64,000 nucleotides of DNA from assembly GCF_018350175.1 (NCBI RefSeq), contig NC_058368.1, positions 17,858,001 to 17,922,000 on the forward strand, written 5' to 3'. Source of the DNA: Felis catus. Taxonomy: Eukaryota. Position 1 is the stretch's first letter, and every line of letters starts with the position of its first letter. Positions 12,810 through 25,257 of this stretch are shown piece after piece. The notes below the pieces were generated by a model. That model was given only the letters and a program-made list of their open reading frames with translations. It had not been told where the DNA came from and did not search any database. Both the position numbers and the translations under genes were made by a program.

Positions 12810-13028
12810 TTAAAAAAATTTTTTTTGATGTTTATTCATTTTTGAAAGACAGAGACAGAGAGCACAAGCAGGGGTGAGATGGAGAGAGAGGGGGACACAG
12901 AATCCGAAGCAGGCTCAGGCTCCGAGCTGTCAGCACAGAGCCCGAAGTGGGGCTCAAACTCACGAACAGTGAGAACATGACCTGAGCTCAAGTTGGATGC
13001 TTAACCGACTGAGCCACCCAGGCACCCC
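12810..13028 (-). mobile_element. SINE
   Basis: 18-bp TSD aaagttatccacaattct at 12792-12809 and 13030-13047. Confidence 0.97.
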
Positions 13029-13640
13029 AAAAGTTATCCACAATTCTATAGCCAAAAACATTAACTGTTGAGATATTATTATATTTCCTTTGTCTTTTTT
13101 CACTATCCATTCTTCTTCTTTCCAAATAAGGCAAATGTTCATAGCATAAGCAATGTCCACTTTCTTCTAACAGTCTTAATAGCTGCATAATATTCTGACA
13201 CGTGAAAATGCCATAATTTATACAACTATACCCCTACTATTGGTCATCTACATTGTTTCCAATATTCTAGAATGCCATTTGGCAATCTATATCGAGACAC
13301 TTAAAATAGCTAGTAACTACATCAGGAAAATATCTTAAGGAAATAATCCTTAGTGGGCATCAAAGAATTATTTATAATAAATAGTATAAGGTTCTCAAAA
13401 GAATCTAACATCAAATAATAAAAGAATACTAGTAAACTATGTTACATGAACATTAAAACTTGTTAAAGTTGTTGTTGAAAAATTTGAAATAAGATAGAAA
13501 ATATTTATGAGAGTAAGTGAAAAACATGATATCAAATTACATAGGTAGTATAGTCACCAGTTTTTAAACCAAAAGAAAAACCTAGGCATTGAGAGTAAAA
13601 ATAAAAGCCTGGGAAGCACACAGCAAAAATATCAGCAATG

Positions 13641-13730
13641 TTTTGTTTCTGGTTTGTTTTTGTTTGTTTGTTTTTAAATTTCAGTAGAGTTAACATGCAG
13701 TATTATATTAGTTTCAGGTGTACAACATAG
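13641..13730 (-). mobile_element. Extremely 5'-truncated carnivore L1 3' end
   Basis: tattatattagtttcaggtgtacaacatag is an antisense L1 terminus; TSD aaatat(c/t)agcaatg. Confidence 0.8.
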
Positions 13731-14160
13731 AAATATTAGCAATGGTTATCCTTGGTTGAGAGGCTAGACAGCAATTACATTTGCTTCCATCCCCAACATT
13801 TCCATATATTAAAATCTCTGTAACAGACACAATTATCTCTTAAGGAATTTAGTGAGTGTCCTGGTTAAGACCTCAGAGTACTCTGATGCTGTCACAATGA
13901 CCTCAAGGAAGACATCACGATGATATCCAAGAACAACTCACTTAAGGTGTTTAGAACACTGTAACACAGGTCCTCCTATCCCTAAAAAGGGAAGCAAGCG
14001 AGCACGAGTGCTAAGCAGAGCCTTGGGGACTTTAAACAGAGTGCACGTTCTTATCTCTCTTCTGAGAGAGGCACAAGGACTTGGTGACCATGCTTAAAAC
14101 CTTAGACGACAATCATAGAGTGTTAACTTCATCTGCTTCCCATTGGAAAGAAAAATCATT

Positions 14161-14336
14161 GGGGCGCCTGGGTGTCTCAGTCGGTTAAGCATCTGACTCT
14201 GGGTTTTGGCTCGGGTCATGATCTCTTGGTTTGTGAGATCGAGCCCCACATCAGGCTCCGTGCTGACAGCAAGGAGCCTGCTTGGGATTCTCTTCCTCCC
14301 TCTCTCTCTGCCCCTCCCCTCCGTGTGCACTCGCAT

Positions 14337-14403
<67 letters not shown>

Positions 14404-14427
14404 ATAAATAAATAAAAAAATTAAAAA
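14161..14427 (+). mobile_element. SINE with internal (CA)n(CT)n expansion
   Basis: ggggcgcctgggtg head; compound microsatellite near 14340-14400. Confidence 0.96.
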
Positions 14428-14659
14428 GAGAAAGAAAATCCATTATGTTACCATGTCAAAGAGCCTCACATCCCATGCAGGAGATTCTGTCAAGGGTCAT
14501 CCATAATACAGTGCAAATACACTGGGCGGGTGGTATTGGTTTATAGTCATGACCACAGTGCTGGACCAACTTCCCATGAGGAAAGGCAGTAAGTATGGCT
14601 AAAGCACAATGGCCTCAGGTGCTACTGTTACCATTTGCAGGACTATTATTAGTGCTGTC

Positions 14660-14870
14660 TTTGCACGCTGCACCTAAGGAAAGCACCATGCTAAGCTCGC
14701 ACCGTTTTGCAGATGAAGAAATATTAATTAAGAGCTTATTAATATCCCTGTTTTACATACGGGAAAACTGAAGGATGGAAAGGGTAAGTGGGTTGGCCGA
14801 GGTCCCTTATGAATGAAGTGTCAGAGGTGGGATTTCAACCCAGGCAGTCTGCCTCCAGAGTCTGCCTTTG
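14660..14870 (-). mobile_element. MIR remnant(s)
   Basis: ttttgcagatgaagaaa, gggaaaactgaagg, ggatttcaacccaggcagtctgcctccagag motifs. Confidence 0.75.
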
Positions 14871-15126
14871 CTCTCTCACCCCCGTCCAGCTCCGCCATGC
14901 TCTTAACCTCTGCTCCGAACACTGTTTACACAATCAAAATGAAGTTCACGTACTTATCTATATGTCAGCCATTTCTAGCTAATGTGAACAATTATCCCAA
15001 TAACATCAAAGTGAACAGTAATTCAAAGAACCCCCCTTTAGTAGATACAGCTCACAAAACCACAGATTCACTGGAATACATCGTTTGAATTACATTCCAC
15101 AGTCATTTAAGACTTAATTTGAATAA

Positions 15127-15245
15127 GGGAGCCTGGATGGCTCAGTCAGTTAGGCATCCTGCTCTTGATTTCCGCTCAGGTCATGATCTCAGGTTCATGG
15201 GATCGAGCCCCACATTGGGCTCTGCACTGACAGGGTGTGCTTAGG

Positions 15246-15285
<40 letters not shown>

Positions 15286-15339
15286 CTCCCCTGCTCATGT
15301 GCTCACACTCTCTCTCTTAAAATAAGTTAATAAACATTT
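15127..15339 (+). mobile_element. SINE lacking a poly(A) run
   Basis: TSD aagacttaatttgaataa at 15109-15126 and 15340-15357. Confidence 0.93.
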
Positions 15340-15714
15340 AAGACTTAATTTGAATAAAATTTAGCAAACTTACTGTATTGTAGTACCCACAGACAAATAG
15401 GATTGCCTGGGGCCAAAATAAATGTTTCTCTGACTGAGATTATGGGCATTCCTTTCCCATTACTTAGTACGGAATTTTCTATTTTTATTAGGACACTGTA
15501 CCACTGATCACATGAGCTGGAAGCAAGAAAGTCATTTAGCTATGTGACTGACTGTGAATTGTCCGTAGCTTCATGGCACTGCATTCCATTCATCATCCTT
15601 AGACATTTAGTTAGAACAAGAAATGAGCACACCCCATGCTCCCATCCCAAATTCTCTTTGTCCTCCACATTCTTATCTGTTGGTAGAAGGGAGTGATTGA
15701 AAACACTTGTACAA

Positions 15715-15921
15715 GGGGCGCCTGGGTGGCCCGCTGGTTAAATGTCCGACTTCGGCTCAGGTCACGATCGCATGATTCATGGGTTAGAGTCCTGCATTGG
15801 GATCTGTGCTGACAGCTCGGAGCCTGGAGCCTGCTTTGGATTCTGTGTCTCCCTCTCTCTCGGCCCCTCCCCTGCTTAGACTCTCTCTCTCTCTTTCAGA
15901 AATAAACATTTAAAAAAAAAA
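15715..15921 (+). mobile_element. SINE
   Basis: Head, body, CT linker and A tail. Confidence 0.95.
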
Positions 15922-16170
15922 GTTGAACCAAGTCAATGTTGAAACATAAAAGAAAAAGAGGTTTTCAGAAACAGACATTGTGACTCAAACAGGAAGTCTA
16001 TTTTCCAAATACATTCACTGTATTGCCTTGGGACCTTGTAACACAGTTTATTAACATGAAAATGTGTCTCAAGTCAATGGATCTTTTCAGATTTCAGGGT
16101 GTGGGTCTCCCAGAACCTCTTTACTAAGTTATATTCCTAGTTTACAACCTCTGGCACTCTGACTTGTGGT

Positions 16171-16378
16171 CTTTCTTTCTTTCTCTTTCTTTTTTTAATG
16201 TTTATTTATTTATTTTGGCAGAAAGAGAGAGAGAGAGAGAGAGAGCCAGGGAGGGGTGGAGAAAGCGGGAGGGAGAGAATCCCAAGTAGGCTCTAAGCCT
16301 TCAGCTCAGAGCCTGACACGGGGCTGGAACCCACAAACCGTGAGATAATGAGTCATACGCTTAACCAATAGGCACCCC
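16171..16378 (-). mobile_element. SINE with small deletions in the head
   Basis: Antisense body ending ggcacccc; tgtggt flanks. Confidence 0.9.
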
Positions 16379-16879
16379 TGTGGTTTCGTTTAACAGGATT
16401 CTCTGCATCTAGTGAATCATGGTTTATAATAATAGTATATTTCATTTGTGTTGTACTTTATAGTCTTGAAAGCATTTGTTGAATGATCATAACATTTCAG
16501 TTATGGGCATAAAAAAAGAAACATTATCCTTTTTAGAGGCTGGGTGTGACATAACATCAAAGTGAATAATAATTCAAAGGGTTCTGGTCTTACAAAGACC
16601 AAAGAGTGGTGTTCTCACAAGAAGCAGGACTTAACTCCTTTCAACAGTCAGATTGGGATTTGCTGGTAAGTACATGGTCATCCTATGGCTCGAGCTTTAT
16701 AGACGGCTTACTACTTGCCAAGAATTGCTGGGTGTCAAATGAATATCTGTAACAGGCCTCCAAAGTGCTAGGTCCCAAGCCTGGGCTGGGGACAGGAGAA
16801 GCCTGCGATGTAACTCAAGGATGCTTTTCGTAACTTGCCAGCTTATGCTGCTGTACGTCCAAAGTTGGGACCATCAGTG

Positions 16880-17090
16880 CTGTGGAAAGAGGCTAGGCTT
16901 CAAGAAATCAGGTAACCTGGAATTAAAATCCTGTCTCAATTGCTTACCATCCAGGTGACCTTGAGAGTCATTTTACTTTCCTGAGTTTCATTTTCTTTGT
17001 CTACAGCCAACGGAAACAACCTTTCAGGACAAATGTATAGGTAAGATAGGTAATGGATATAAAGTGCCTCGCACATGATTCAACTAATAG
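16880..17090 (+). mobile_element. MIR remnant
   Basis: gtgaccttgagagtcattttactttcctgagtttcattttc core. Confidence 0.65.
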
Positions 17091-18119
17091 AAGCTCTATG
17101 GGAAGGAGAGATTGGGGGGAAGAAAAAAATGACGGAGAGCTCAACCAACTCAATCCCTCGATACTCGATGAGACCAGTGTTATGAAACGTGACATAACAG
17201 ACCCCAGAGAAGGCTCTTTCCACCTCAGCACCTCAAAAATGCATGCATGCATGTCATTTATACCTCCCAAATGCAGAGAAGGACCAAGTGTCTGAGTGCT
17301 GAAGAAAGACATCCCGCCAGCACATGGCAGGCTGGTGAAGTCCCCGGCAGAGAGCTCTAGAAAACAGTGCGCAGCTTTGTGAACAGCCGGACCTAACACA
17401 GTCACCACAGGAAGGCAGGCAACCTGCTGTTAGTGAAAATAACAGTGACACCCCATTTTTGAAAACAGTTGCCCTGCTGACCACCACAGAGATCCAGGGG
17501 TCCCTCGTGCCACAGGCATCTTCAATGACCGATGGGCGTCAAGTGCAGCCGTTACCTTCCAGGAGCCCTGGGTTTAGTGCAATCCCCAGAAGCAGAGGGC
17601 CCAGCACTGGGAGCATCTCTGCCATGGAGGCTGCAGGTGGCCCCATGAAACCTACGTACTAACTGGAATCCCAACACTTTCCAACCCAAAATGCAGACGC
17701 TTATCCCAAATCCAACATCTGGCTGGAAATCGTGGAGCCATAAAAATAAGACTGAACAATTAAAACTTCAGGAGGGAAGAAGTATGGATTTAGTGATAGA
17801 TCATTCAGCTCATGATCTTGAGCAAGTAAACTACTTTCTAAATCTACTAGTGGGCTCTAAGCCAGACCCCCACTTACTGCCGTCTGCAAGAGGCAGACCA
17901 GGGCACTATGTCAGGTTTTATGGTAATGCCAAGCAAAAGTGAGGTAGGAAATCTGGTGATCGCTAAACCACGAGGGCTTCAGTTTGCAAACACTACAGAG
18001 GGGAAAGGTCAAGGTGAGAGAGGTCTGAAAGAGCTGATTTTACCCTCCATATGTGGGCTGTACCATTACGGACTTCACTCTGATTGAGGGAGAGAAATGA
18101 ATTCTCTCACTCAATAGGA

Positions 18120-18266
18120 TCTTCTTCTTCCTCTTCCTCTTCCTCTTCCTCTTCCTCTTCCTCTTCCTCTTCCTCTCCTTCTTCTCCTTCTCCTTCTCCT
18201 TCTCCTTCTTCTTCTTCTTCTTCTTCTTCTTCTTCTTCTTCTTCTTCTTCTTCTTCTTCTTCTTTT
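18120..18266. repeat. Compound polypyrimidine microsatellite (CTCTTC)n(CTCCTT)n(CTT)n
   Basis: Continuous pyrimidine-only tract. Confidence 0.99.
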
Positions 18267-19939
18267 ACTGTTTACAGCCATGGGGAAAATTAGCTCGTGA
18301 CTAATGAATTTTTAATATTTGTATAGGAGTCAATCACTCATAAGCCTTCCTGCTTTGATTTCGTATTTAATCTTCTGGTATTTTGACAGTAATCCCAAAG
18401 ACCGGGGAAGGAGCACACAGCTGTTTAACTTAGGGTTTATTTTCTCCACTCTCTTTACAGCATTAAGAGTGCCGGAGATGACGGTAATAGCATTATCTGA
18501 TTTGATTTGAGTGGCAATCTTTTCAATTTAATAACTGATGTCAGCTTCTCTGTCATGTTGCCAAGTTTAATTCCCACTTCTACTGTGATGAATACTCTAA
18601 TGAAGACACTGTCTGCTTTTAGTGCCAGTACATACTTGCAAAGCTTCGCTCTTCTGAGCTTACAATTGGAGCTTCTGCAGTGAACCGTGATAAATCAACC
18701 CCAGCTAGAGTGCCTCTCAGTTAGGAGACTAAAAAAACCACTGAACGTTCGCTCTAAATTTTGGTTCCCTATGGTATATTTAACATTATAGTACCACTTT
18801 CTTTTCCAGTGTTCTATTCTGTATTTTGGTAATTCTTCCCAACAACCTCACTAAAGGCAAGTGAGTGGTCTGGGTCCTAAGTAAGACCTACAAAGGTTCA
18901 GTGACTGTCCCCAGGGCAGAATTATCCAACGCCCTCTGAAGAACCAACTGAAAATTTTGTCTCCTGGTCCACAGCTCCATTAAGATAAAGAGCATTTACA
19001 AGCACCTACGGTGAAGGGCTGAGCTGAACCTGGCTAACGAGAGTTACTCACGTCCCATTTGTTCAAGCGCTTCCAACATTTTGCACATTTTACATCCACC
19101 TACAGAACAGGGACTATCAGGGTACTTTGCAATTCTAGAGAGTCATATTAGCCACTTCTGCTCCTGAAATTATTTATTTCAAAAGTTAAAATTAAGGAGA
19201 GAAAATCGGCAGAGACTCCAAGTCTGAGTAATTGGAGTGTGTTAGGAAATGCAAAACATAGCCCAGCTCTCAAAGCTTAGGGCTGAATGACAAAGGGATA
19301 AACAAGCCCCCAAATACTTAGTTTAACGAAGGAAACAAAAGGGCACGTAAACACTGCCAGTGCTCTGGGCTAAGAATTCAAGGATGAAGGATACAAGAGC
19401 AAACGTCCCCAGTTTACATCTCAGGCCAGGCACAGGCGGTGCCTCTTGAATTTCCCAGCGACAGCAGCACAAACCTCCCGGCGTGAGATCGTGAGGCTTT
19501 GCCATTTCTCCAAACTGCTTAACTCCACTACGGCTCAGAACAGCACCGGCCACTACTCTCTCCTATACTCCAGGCATGGCAACGAGGTGTTTTTCTTTTA
19601 TTGCACTGTTAAAGTCATGGTGACTGTTTCTTTCCAGTGACGGTCAAAGTTTGTCCTCTTCAAGAGGTTTTTGAAGAAACCATTCCAAGCCCAGCGTTCA
19701 TCACTCTGTCCCTGAATCATGGCAGCAGCCCCCTGGCTGACCTTCCTTCCTCGAACCTTCCTTCAGTATCCCTGCAGAGGACAGACCTGCTGCCCAGGAC
19801 GCAGGCACCCCCCCTCCCCTTTCCAATACCTGCCCTGCTGTGTACCGTCCATGAGATACAGCAGTCTGTGGCTTTATCTTCCTTCCTTCCAGAAGGGCCA
19901 TGGACCTGGTCTAGCTTATCTGAACCCAAAGCTCAATTC

Positions 19940-20196
19940 TAGGACATTTCCTGGGTTTCTAGGGATTCGGTGTAGGCCCGAAGCTTCTGGCTACCAGCTT
20001 ATTCCCAAGAAGGGCCCGTCCCTGAGAAAGGAGCTGACATGGAGGATGGCAAGGAGGGGACCCATAAGTAATGACCTTGCTGTCTTTGGGTTGTCCTTGA
20101 ACGTCAGTGACATGAGCCAATAAATCCTCCTTTTTTGATCTGGCCAGTTTGAATTGGGTTCCTGTCACTTGCAGCTAAAACGAGCCTGACTGATGC
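19940..20196 (+). mobile_element. MLT1 (MaLR) LTR 3' part
   Basis: gagccaataaatcc...gtttgaattgggttcctgtcacttgcagc...ctgactgatgca terminus. Confidence 0.75.
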
Positions 20197-20821
20197 ACCC
20201 CGCCCCCCCCCCCCACACACACACAGGTCTGACAAGGCATTCTTACTTGAGAACCCTTCTAATGTGCTGCTTGTTCAAGATTCTAACAGACTTGCTTGCA
20301 AAGTACAAACTGGTCCACTCTTCCTTTCCAAACTCTCTCTCTCTTTACAAATGGCTCCCTTTAGAGAGGCCAGTTTCTGTCTGCCTTGACCCTTCAGGAC
20401 CTGGTTCAGTGATTTCCTCAACTTCGCTACTATCTTCCTTCCTAAATAAAAGTCCTTTATATTTTTCAGGGCTGTTTTCAGAACTCAACTGATTTCTTCC
20501 TACCACTGCCCATTAATACATTCATTCCCTGTATGCACTCATCAGGCACCCAATGATGGATTAATGGAGATACTGATTCCTCAATCAAATTACAAATTCC
20601 TTAATAAGGACCATAAATTGTACAAGGAGTGTCCTCAAACCTTTTGAAATTTACTCTTACTCTTTTTGATAACTAAAAATTCCACAGATCTCTTAATATT
20701 ATCTGAAATTTCAAAATGAATTAAATATGGTGACCAAAACCAAGCTCCATATCTGGTATAACATTAAATATGCATTTTTAAACTCAACTTGGACAAGAAG
20801 ACTGGATTGTATCCCCAAGAC

Positions 20822-21006
20822 CAGTGGTGCTCAAACTTCAGGGACCATCAGAACCACCTGCAGAGCCTGGAAAAACACAGATTGGTTGGCCCTACCCCCA
20901 GAGTTGGTTTTTCAGTAGGTCTGGGGTAGGGCATGAGAATGTACACTTCTAACGCATTCCCATGACACTGAGACTCCGGTTGGAGGACCCACTTTGAGAA
21001 CTATTG
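20822..21006. mobile_element. MER5A-like hAT MITE
   Basis: Imperfect TIRs cagtggtgctcaaa / tttgagaactattg; cagtaggtctggggtagggc core. Confidence 0.85.
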
Positions 21007-21059
21007 AGCCAGAGGCATGTTCCTTCCTCCTCCATCTTGTATTTGAAAAGAGCATGGTC

Positions 21060-21330
21060 GGGGTACCTGGGTGACTCAATCAGTTAAGCGTCCAATTTCA
21101 GCTCAGGTCATGACCTCATGGATTGTGAGTTTGAGCCCCTGCTTGGGATTCTGTCTCTTTCCATCTCTCTGTGTCCCTCCCCCACTCGTGAGCGCATGCA
21201 CGCTCTCTCTCTCTCTCAAAATAAATAAATGAACTTGAAGAAGAAGAAGAGGAGGGGGAGGAGGAGGGGGAGGAGGAAGCAGAAGGAGGAGAAGGAGAAG
21301 GAAGAGGAGAAGAAGAAGAAAAAGAAGAAA
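21060..21330 (+). mobile_element. Internally deleted SINE with (GAA/GGA)n tail
   Basis: Body jumps from gagccc to ctgcttgggattc; purine-only tail about 21237-21331. Confidence 0.92.
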
Positions 21331-22837
21331 GCACGGACTGGTCTTTGAGGTCTGGATCCAGAACTCCATCTCTTCCCCTCTATGACCATGCAAAGTTATG
21401 ATCTGTGGCAATAGAGTGCAAAGCTCTGAGTATAAACTGTTACTCACACAGAATGGATGACCATCCAGATCTGCCATGTTGTTGGATAACACGTTGGATA
21501 ACACTGATTATGGTTAAACTCCTTATTGTCTCTAAGCATCCATCCCTAATGTGTATAATGAGACAGTTATAGAACTGTGTTCTTACCTCACAGACAAGAG
21601 TTAAAGGTAAAGTGCTTCTCACGAGGCTCAGCACATAGTAAGGGCACGTAAGGTAAATGCTGACTGTTACTACCGGGGGTGTTATCAATGCTGTTGACAG
21701 TAGGTTGATGGTCTTCTAGTTCCCAGCCCAAGATTCTTTTCACTCAGCAATATCACTTTCAGAACATTTTTAACTTTCAATATCTTTTAGGTGAATATAC
21801 CTTTCACTACAGCACAGCCTCTAATATTACCCTTTCTCCTATCTCACGCTATTACTCTGTTTGATTACAATATTTGAAATTGTCTTCCTTTGAACAGCCC
21901 AGAACTTTTCCCGTCCATCACAGAATGTACTTTTTCCTTCAACTTAGTTCAATTAAAATTCAATTTTTAGAAAGTCTGTGCATCAAAGTAAATTAGATTC
22001 TGGGCCCAAAACAGCCCCATTTTCTTACCCAGTGACAAATTATTAACGGTTTTCCTACAAAATACATTTTGGCTTCCCAGAGACTCTGTCTATGGAATTC
22101 TCTCCCACAGTACCACAAATGCTGTTTGTGGCAATTTCACAAAAACACAAAAACAAGAGGAAAACCAGATTCACTGTCTCCTGCTGTCTTCCATTCACTC
22201 CATGGAGTACAGGCTGGAAACTTGCTCTTCGTGTGGTCATGGAGTTTCTGAAGAGGCATCAACTATGTGTTCGGAAGCTTGGCAAGAGGCTGGCCCAGGG
22301 TGAGCCAGGGCACAGAAGCACGATGCTCAGGAAAATGGGAGCCAAGAGTCAAGCAATTAACATTTTTTTCATGCTTCACTATAATTAGCCAGATCAAAGG
22401 GGACCTGGGCCTACGGATTTCAGCAGGCCGGCAGGACTCTCTGAGAACAGTTAGCAAACAGCACTGCAGACGTTCGGTGCGACTAACCACTCACAAGCAG
22501 AACTCATTTTCTTACAAATCACTCCCTTGCGAATCCTTCACCAGTTATTCCCAGTCTGAAGGTCGCACTTCAGCAGATGTTCAGGACTCACATAGTTACC
22601 CTTTCCTGAACATTTTCCTGAGTGTTTACTATGTCTTGCAGATTGCTCATGAACACCCCAAAGCAACCCTGCCAGGTGGGCTTTGTGCCTCCAAGTCACG
22701 TGACTTGACCAAGCCTCATTTCTAGGAAGTAGCAGGACTTGAACTCAGATCTTCCAAAAAGTCAGTGATTTGCAAACATTGTTGATCCTTAAAAGAATCT
22801 CCTGAGCTGCTTGTTGAAAATCCACATGTTACTCTCA

Positions 22838-23002
22838 GGGCGCCTGGATGGTTCAGTTGGTGGAGCGTCAGACTCTTGATTTTGGTTCAGGTCATGATCT
22901 CACAGTTTGTGAGTTCAAGCTCAGCATCAGGCTCCATGCTGACAGTGTGGAGCCTGCTTGGGATTCTCTGGCTCCTTTTCTCTCTGCCCCTTCCCTGTTC
23001 AT

Positions 23003-23039
<37 letters not shown>

Positions 23040-23080
23040 ATAAGTAAATAAATATTAAAAAAAGAAAGAAAGGAAGAAAT
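22838..23080 (+). mobile_element. SINE inserted in a MER5-like element
   Basis: Full body; ttactct flanks; MER5-like sequence on both sides (about 22770-23180). Confidence 0.93.
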
Positions 23081-23319
23081 ATACGTATTACTCTAGTGGG
23101 TCTGAAATGAGGCTGGGAAACACGATCTTTAAAAAGCTCCAAGCGATTCTTATTTTCACTGAGGTTTGGTAAATCAATTGTGAAATTCAAGAGACCATTT
23201 ACGGAACTTTTTATTTCATTCCAACACACTGAAAACAGAAAGTCCATCTCATGGGAGTTTTACACTTTCATGACCTATCAGTCTCTTCTAGTCTTTTCGT
23301 CAAAGACCCAGACTTACTT

Positions 23320-23910
23320 CTGTCATAGTCCATACACATGGCAGTCCTCTGCCCAGAATCCTGAGTGGTTCCCAATTTCACTCAGCATGATGGCCAGAAT
23401 CCTTACAATGGCCTACAAGTGCCACATGATCTGGTCCACACTTACTTCTTGGACATTATCACTTCTCCACACATTCTTCTCTAGACACATGGCCCCTGGC
23501 CATTCCACAAACACTCTAGGAACTCCTGTCTTTGCACCTTTGCATTTACTCTTCCCACTGCCTGGAACACTCTTCCTGCAGAAATGCACAGGGCCAGCTT
23601 CCTCATCTGCTGTAAGCCTCTGCTTCACTGTGGCTCAGTAAGGACTGCCCTGACTTAACACTACAACTGTGCCCCACTCCGGTTAACTTCTAATACCCTG
23701 TACTTTCTGCCATGCTTACTTTTTGTTGTACACTTTCACCTTATACCATGCCACATAACTTACTTATTATGTTCATTAGTTACTCACCATCTTCCCCTCC
23801 TACAGAGTAAACACCATGAGGGGATCTTTGTCTACTGATACATCCCAAGCACCTAAAACAGTGCCTGGTATGTAGTAGGTGCTCAATAAATACATGCTGA
23901 ATTAGTGAAT
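23320..23910 (+). mobile_element. L2 3' end
   Basis: acagtgcctggtatgtagtaggtgctcaataaatacatgctgaattagtgaat canonical L2 terminus. Confidence 0.85.
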
Positions 23911-24433
23911 ATAATGGAAACAAAACTTCACACAACACTTAACCTTACTATGTTAATGCACTCTGATCCAGTCAATCCAATTCTATTCTAATTTATTTTA
24001 TTAAAGTGTTGGCTACAACTCATGATTTGATCAGTAAAAATCACAGACAAAATCAAAATTCTGTTTCTTGTTTGCCAATAACTTGCTGGGTACCTACTTA
24101 AGTCAGGACCCCAATTCTCACAGTGTACCATTTGACTAGACAAATACGAAAAGTTTCCTCCAAAGGTTAAGACCATTATGATGGCTAAAAACCAGACATG
24201 ATGGCAGCCCATGTGCCAATAAGAAAGATGTTAGGATGATGAAATCAGAAGCTTTGGCATATGAGTCCTTTGACAAAATGCTAACTTAGCTTTGAGGATA
24301 CATGGCTAAGCTGTGAGAAATACACAGGTATAGTAGGCAATGCATCCTTCAGTCAGCAAGAACAACACCAACATGTTTCAAATTCTATTAATTTAGTTAC
24401 AGCAAAGAATAATGCTTTAAAACCTATAGTTTA

Positions 24434-24652
24434 GGGGTGCCTGGGTGGCTCAGTCGGTTAGGCATCTACCTCTTGACTTCAGCTCAGGTCATGATCTCAC
24501 TGTTTTTGAGATCAGGTCCCACGTTGGGCTCTGCACTGGGTGTTCAGCCTGCTTAAATTCTCTCTCTCCCTCACCCTTTGCCCCTCTGCTGTTTATGCTC
24601 TCTCTGTCTCTCAAAAATCAAAACAAAACAAAAAAAAAAACAAAACAAAAAA
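24434..24652 (+). mobile_element. SINE
   Basis: ggggtgcctgggtggctcagtcggtt head; (CAAAA)n tail. Confidence 0.94.
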
Positions 24653-24872
24653 TCACCACATTTTGTAAATTTTCCTTTCAAAACTGTTCAAGGACAAGAT
24701 TGGTTTTATTTCAGAAAAATAAATTTAGGTGAACAAATTCTGATGAACAAGATTAATAGACCCAATATTATCACCCATTATTATCTTTAGCTGTATCCTA
24801 CAAGGTCTTAAGTATTCTATCTTCTTAGTTTGACTCCGTGCTTCAGAATTTACACTGTAAGCATTTTGTCAC

Positions 24873-25257
24873 AGTATTTGCTCAGGCTGCTATGACAAAA
24901 TACCACAGACTGGGTAGGTAAACAAGGGAAACACATTCTCTCATAGCTCTGGAGGCTGAAAGTCCAAGATCAAGGCACTGGCAGGTTGGGTTTCTTCTGA
25001 GGGTCCTCCCCTTGACTCATACATGGCCCTCTTCTCCCCATGTCCTCATGGGGTGGGTCTTCCCTACCTGTGGCTGTGTCCTAATTCCTCTGCCTATAAG
25101 GACACCAGTCATACTGGATTAGAAACTACCCTGATATCCTCATTTTAACTTCATTAGTTATTTGAAGACCCTGTCTCCAAAAACAGTAGTCACGTTCTGA
25201 GATACTAGAGCTTAGGGCTTCAACATACGAATTTGGGGGGGACACAGTTTAGCCCAC
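24873..25257 (-). mobile_element. MLT1 solo LTR
   Basis: ggctgctatgacaaaataccacagactggg, aagtccaagatcaagg, aaggacaccagtcatactggattag motifs. Confidence 0.88.

Noticed and set aside
19052..19099. 48-nt minus-strand exon candidate (VDVKCAKCWKRLNKWD or GCKMCKMLEALEQMG)
   Set aside because: Good splice signals, but within chance expectation and no recognised peptide. The same applies to 15375-15407 and 58423-58442.
21481..21504. 12-bp tandem duplication gttggataacac (also a 10-bp one at 46455-46474)
   Set aside because: Ordinary replication-slippage duplications.
23180..23641. 153-aa ORF
   Set aside because: Largely lies within an L2 remnant, with no protein-like features.
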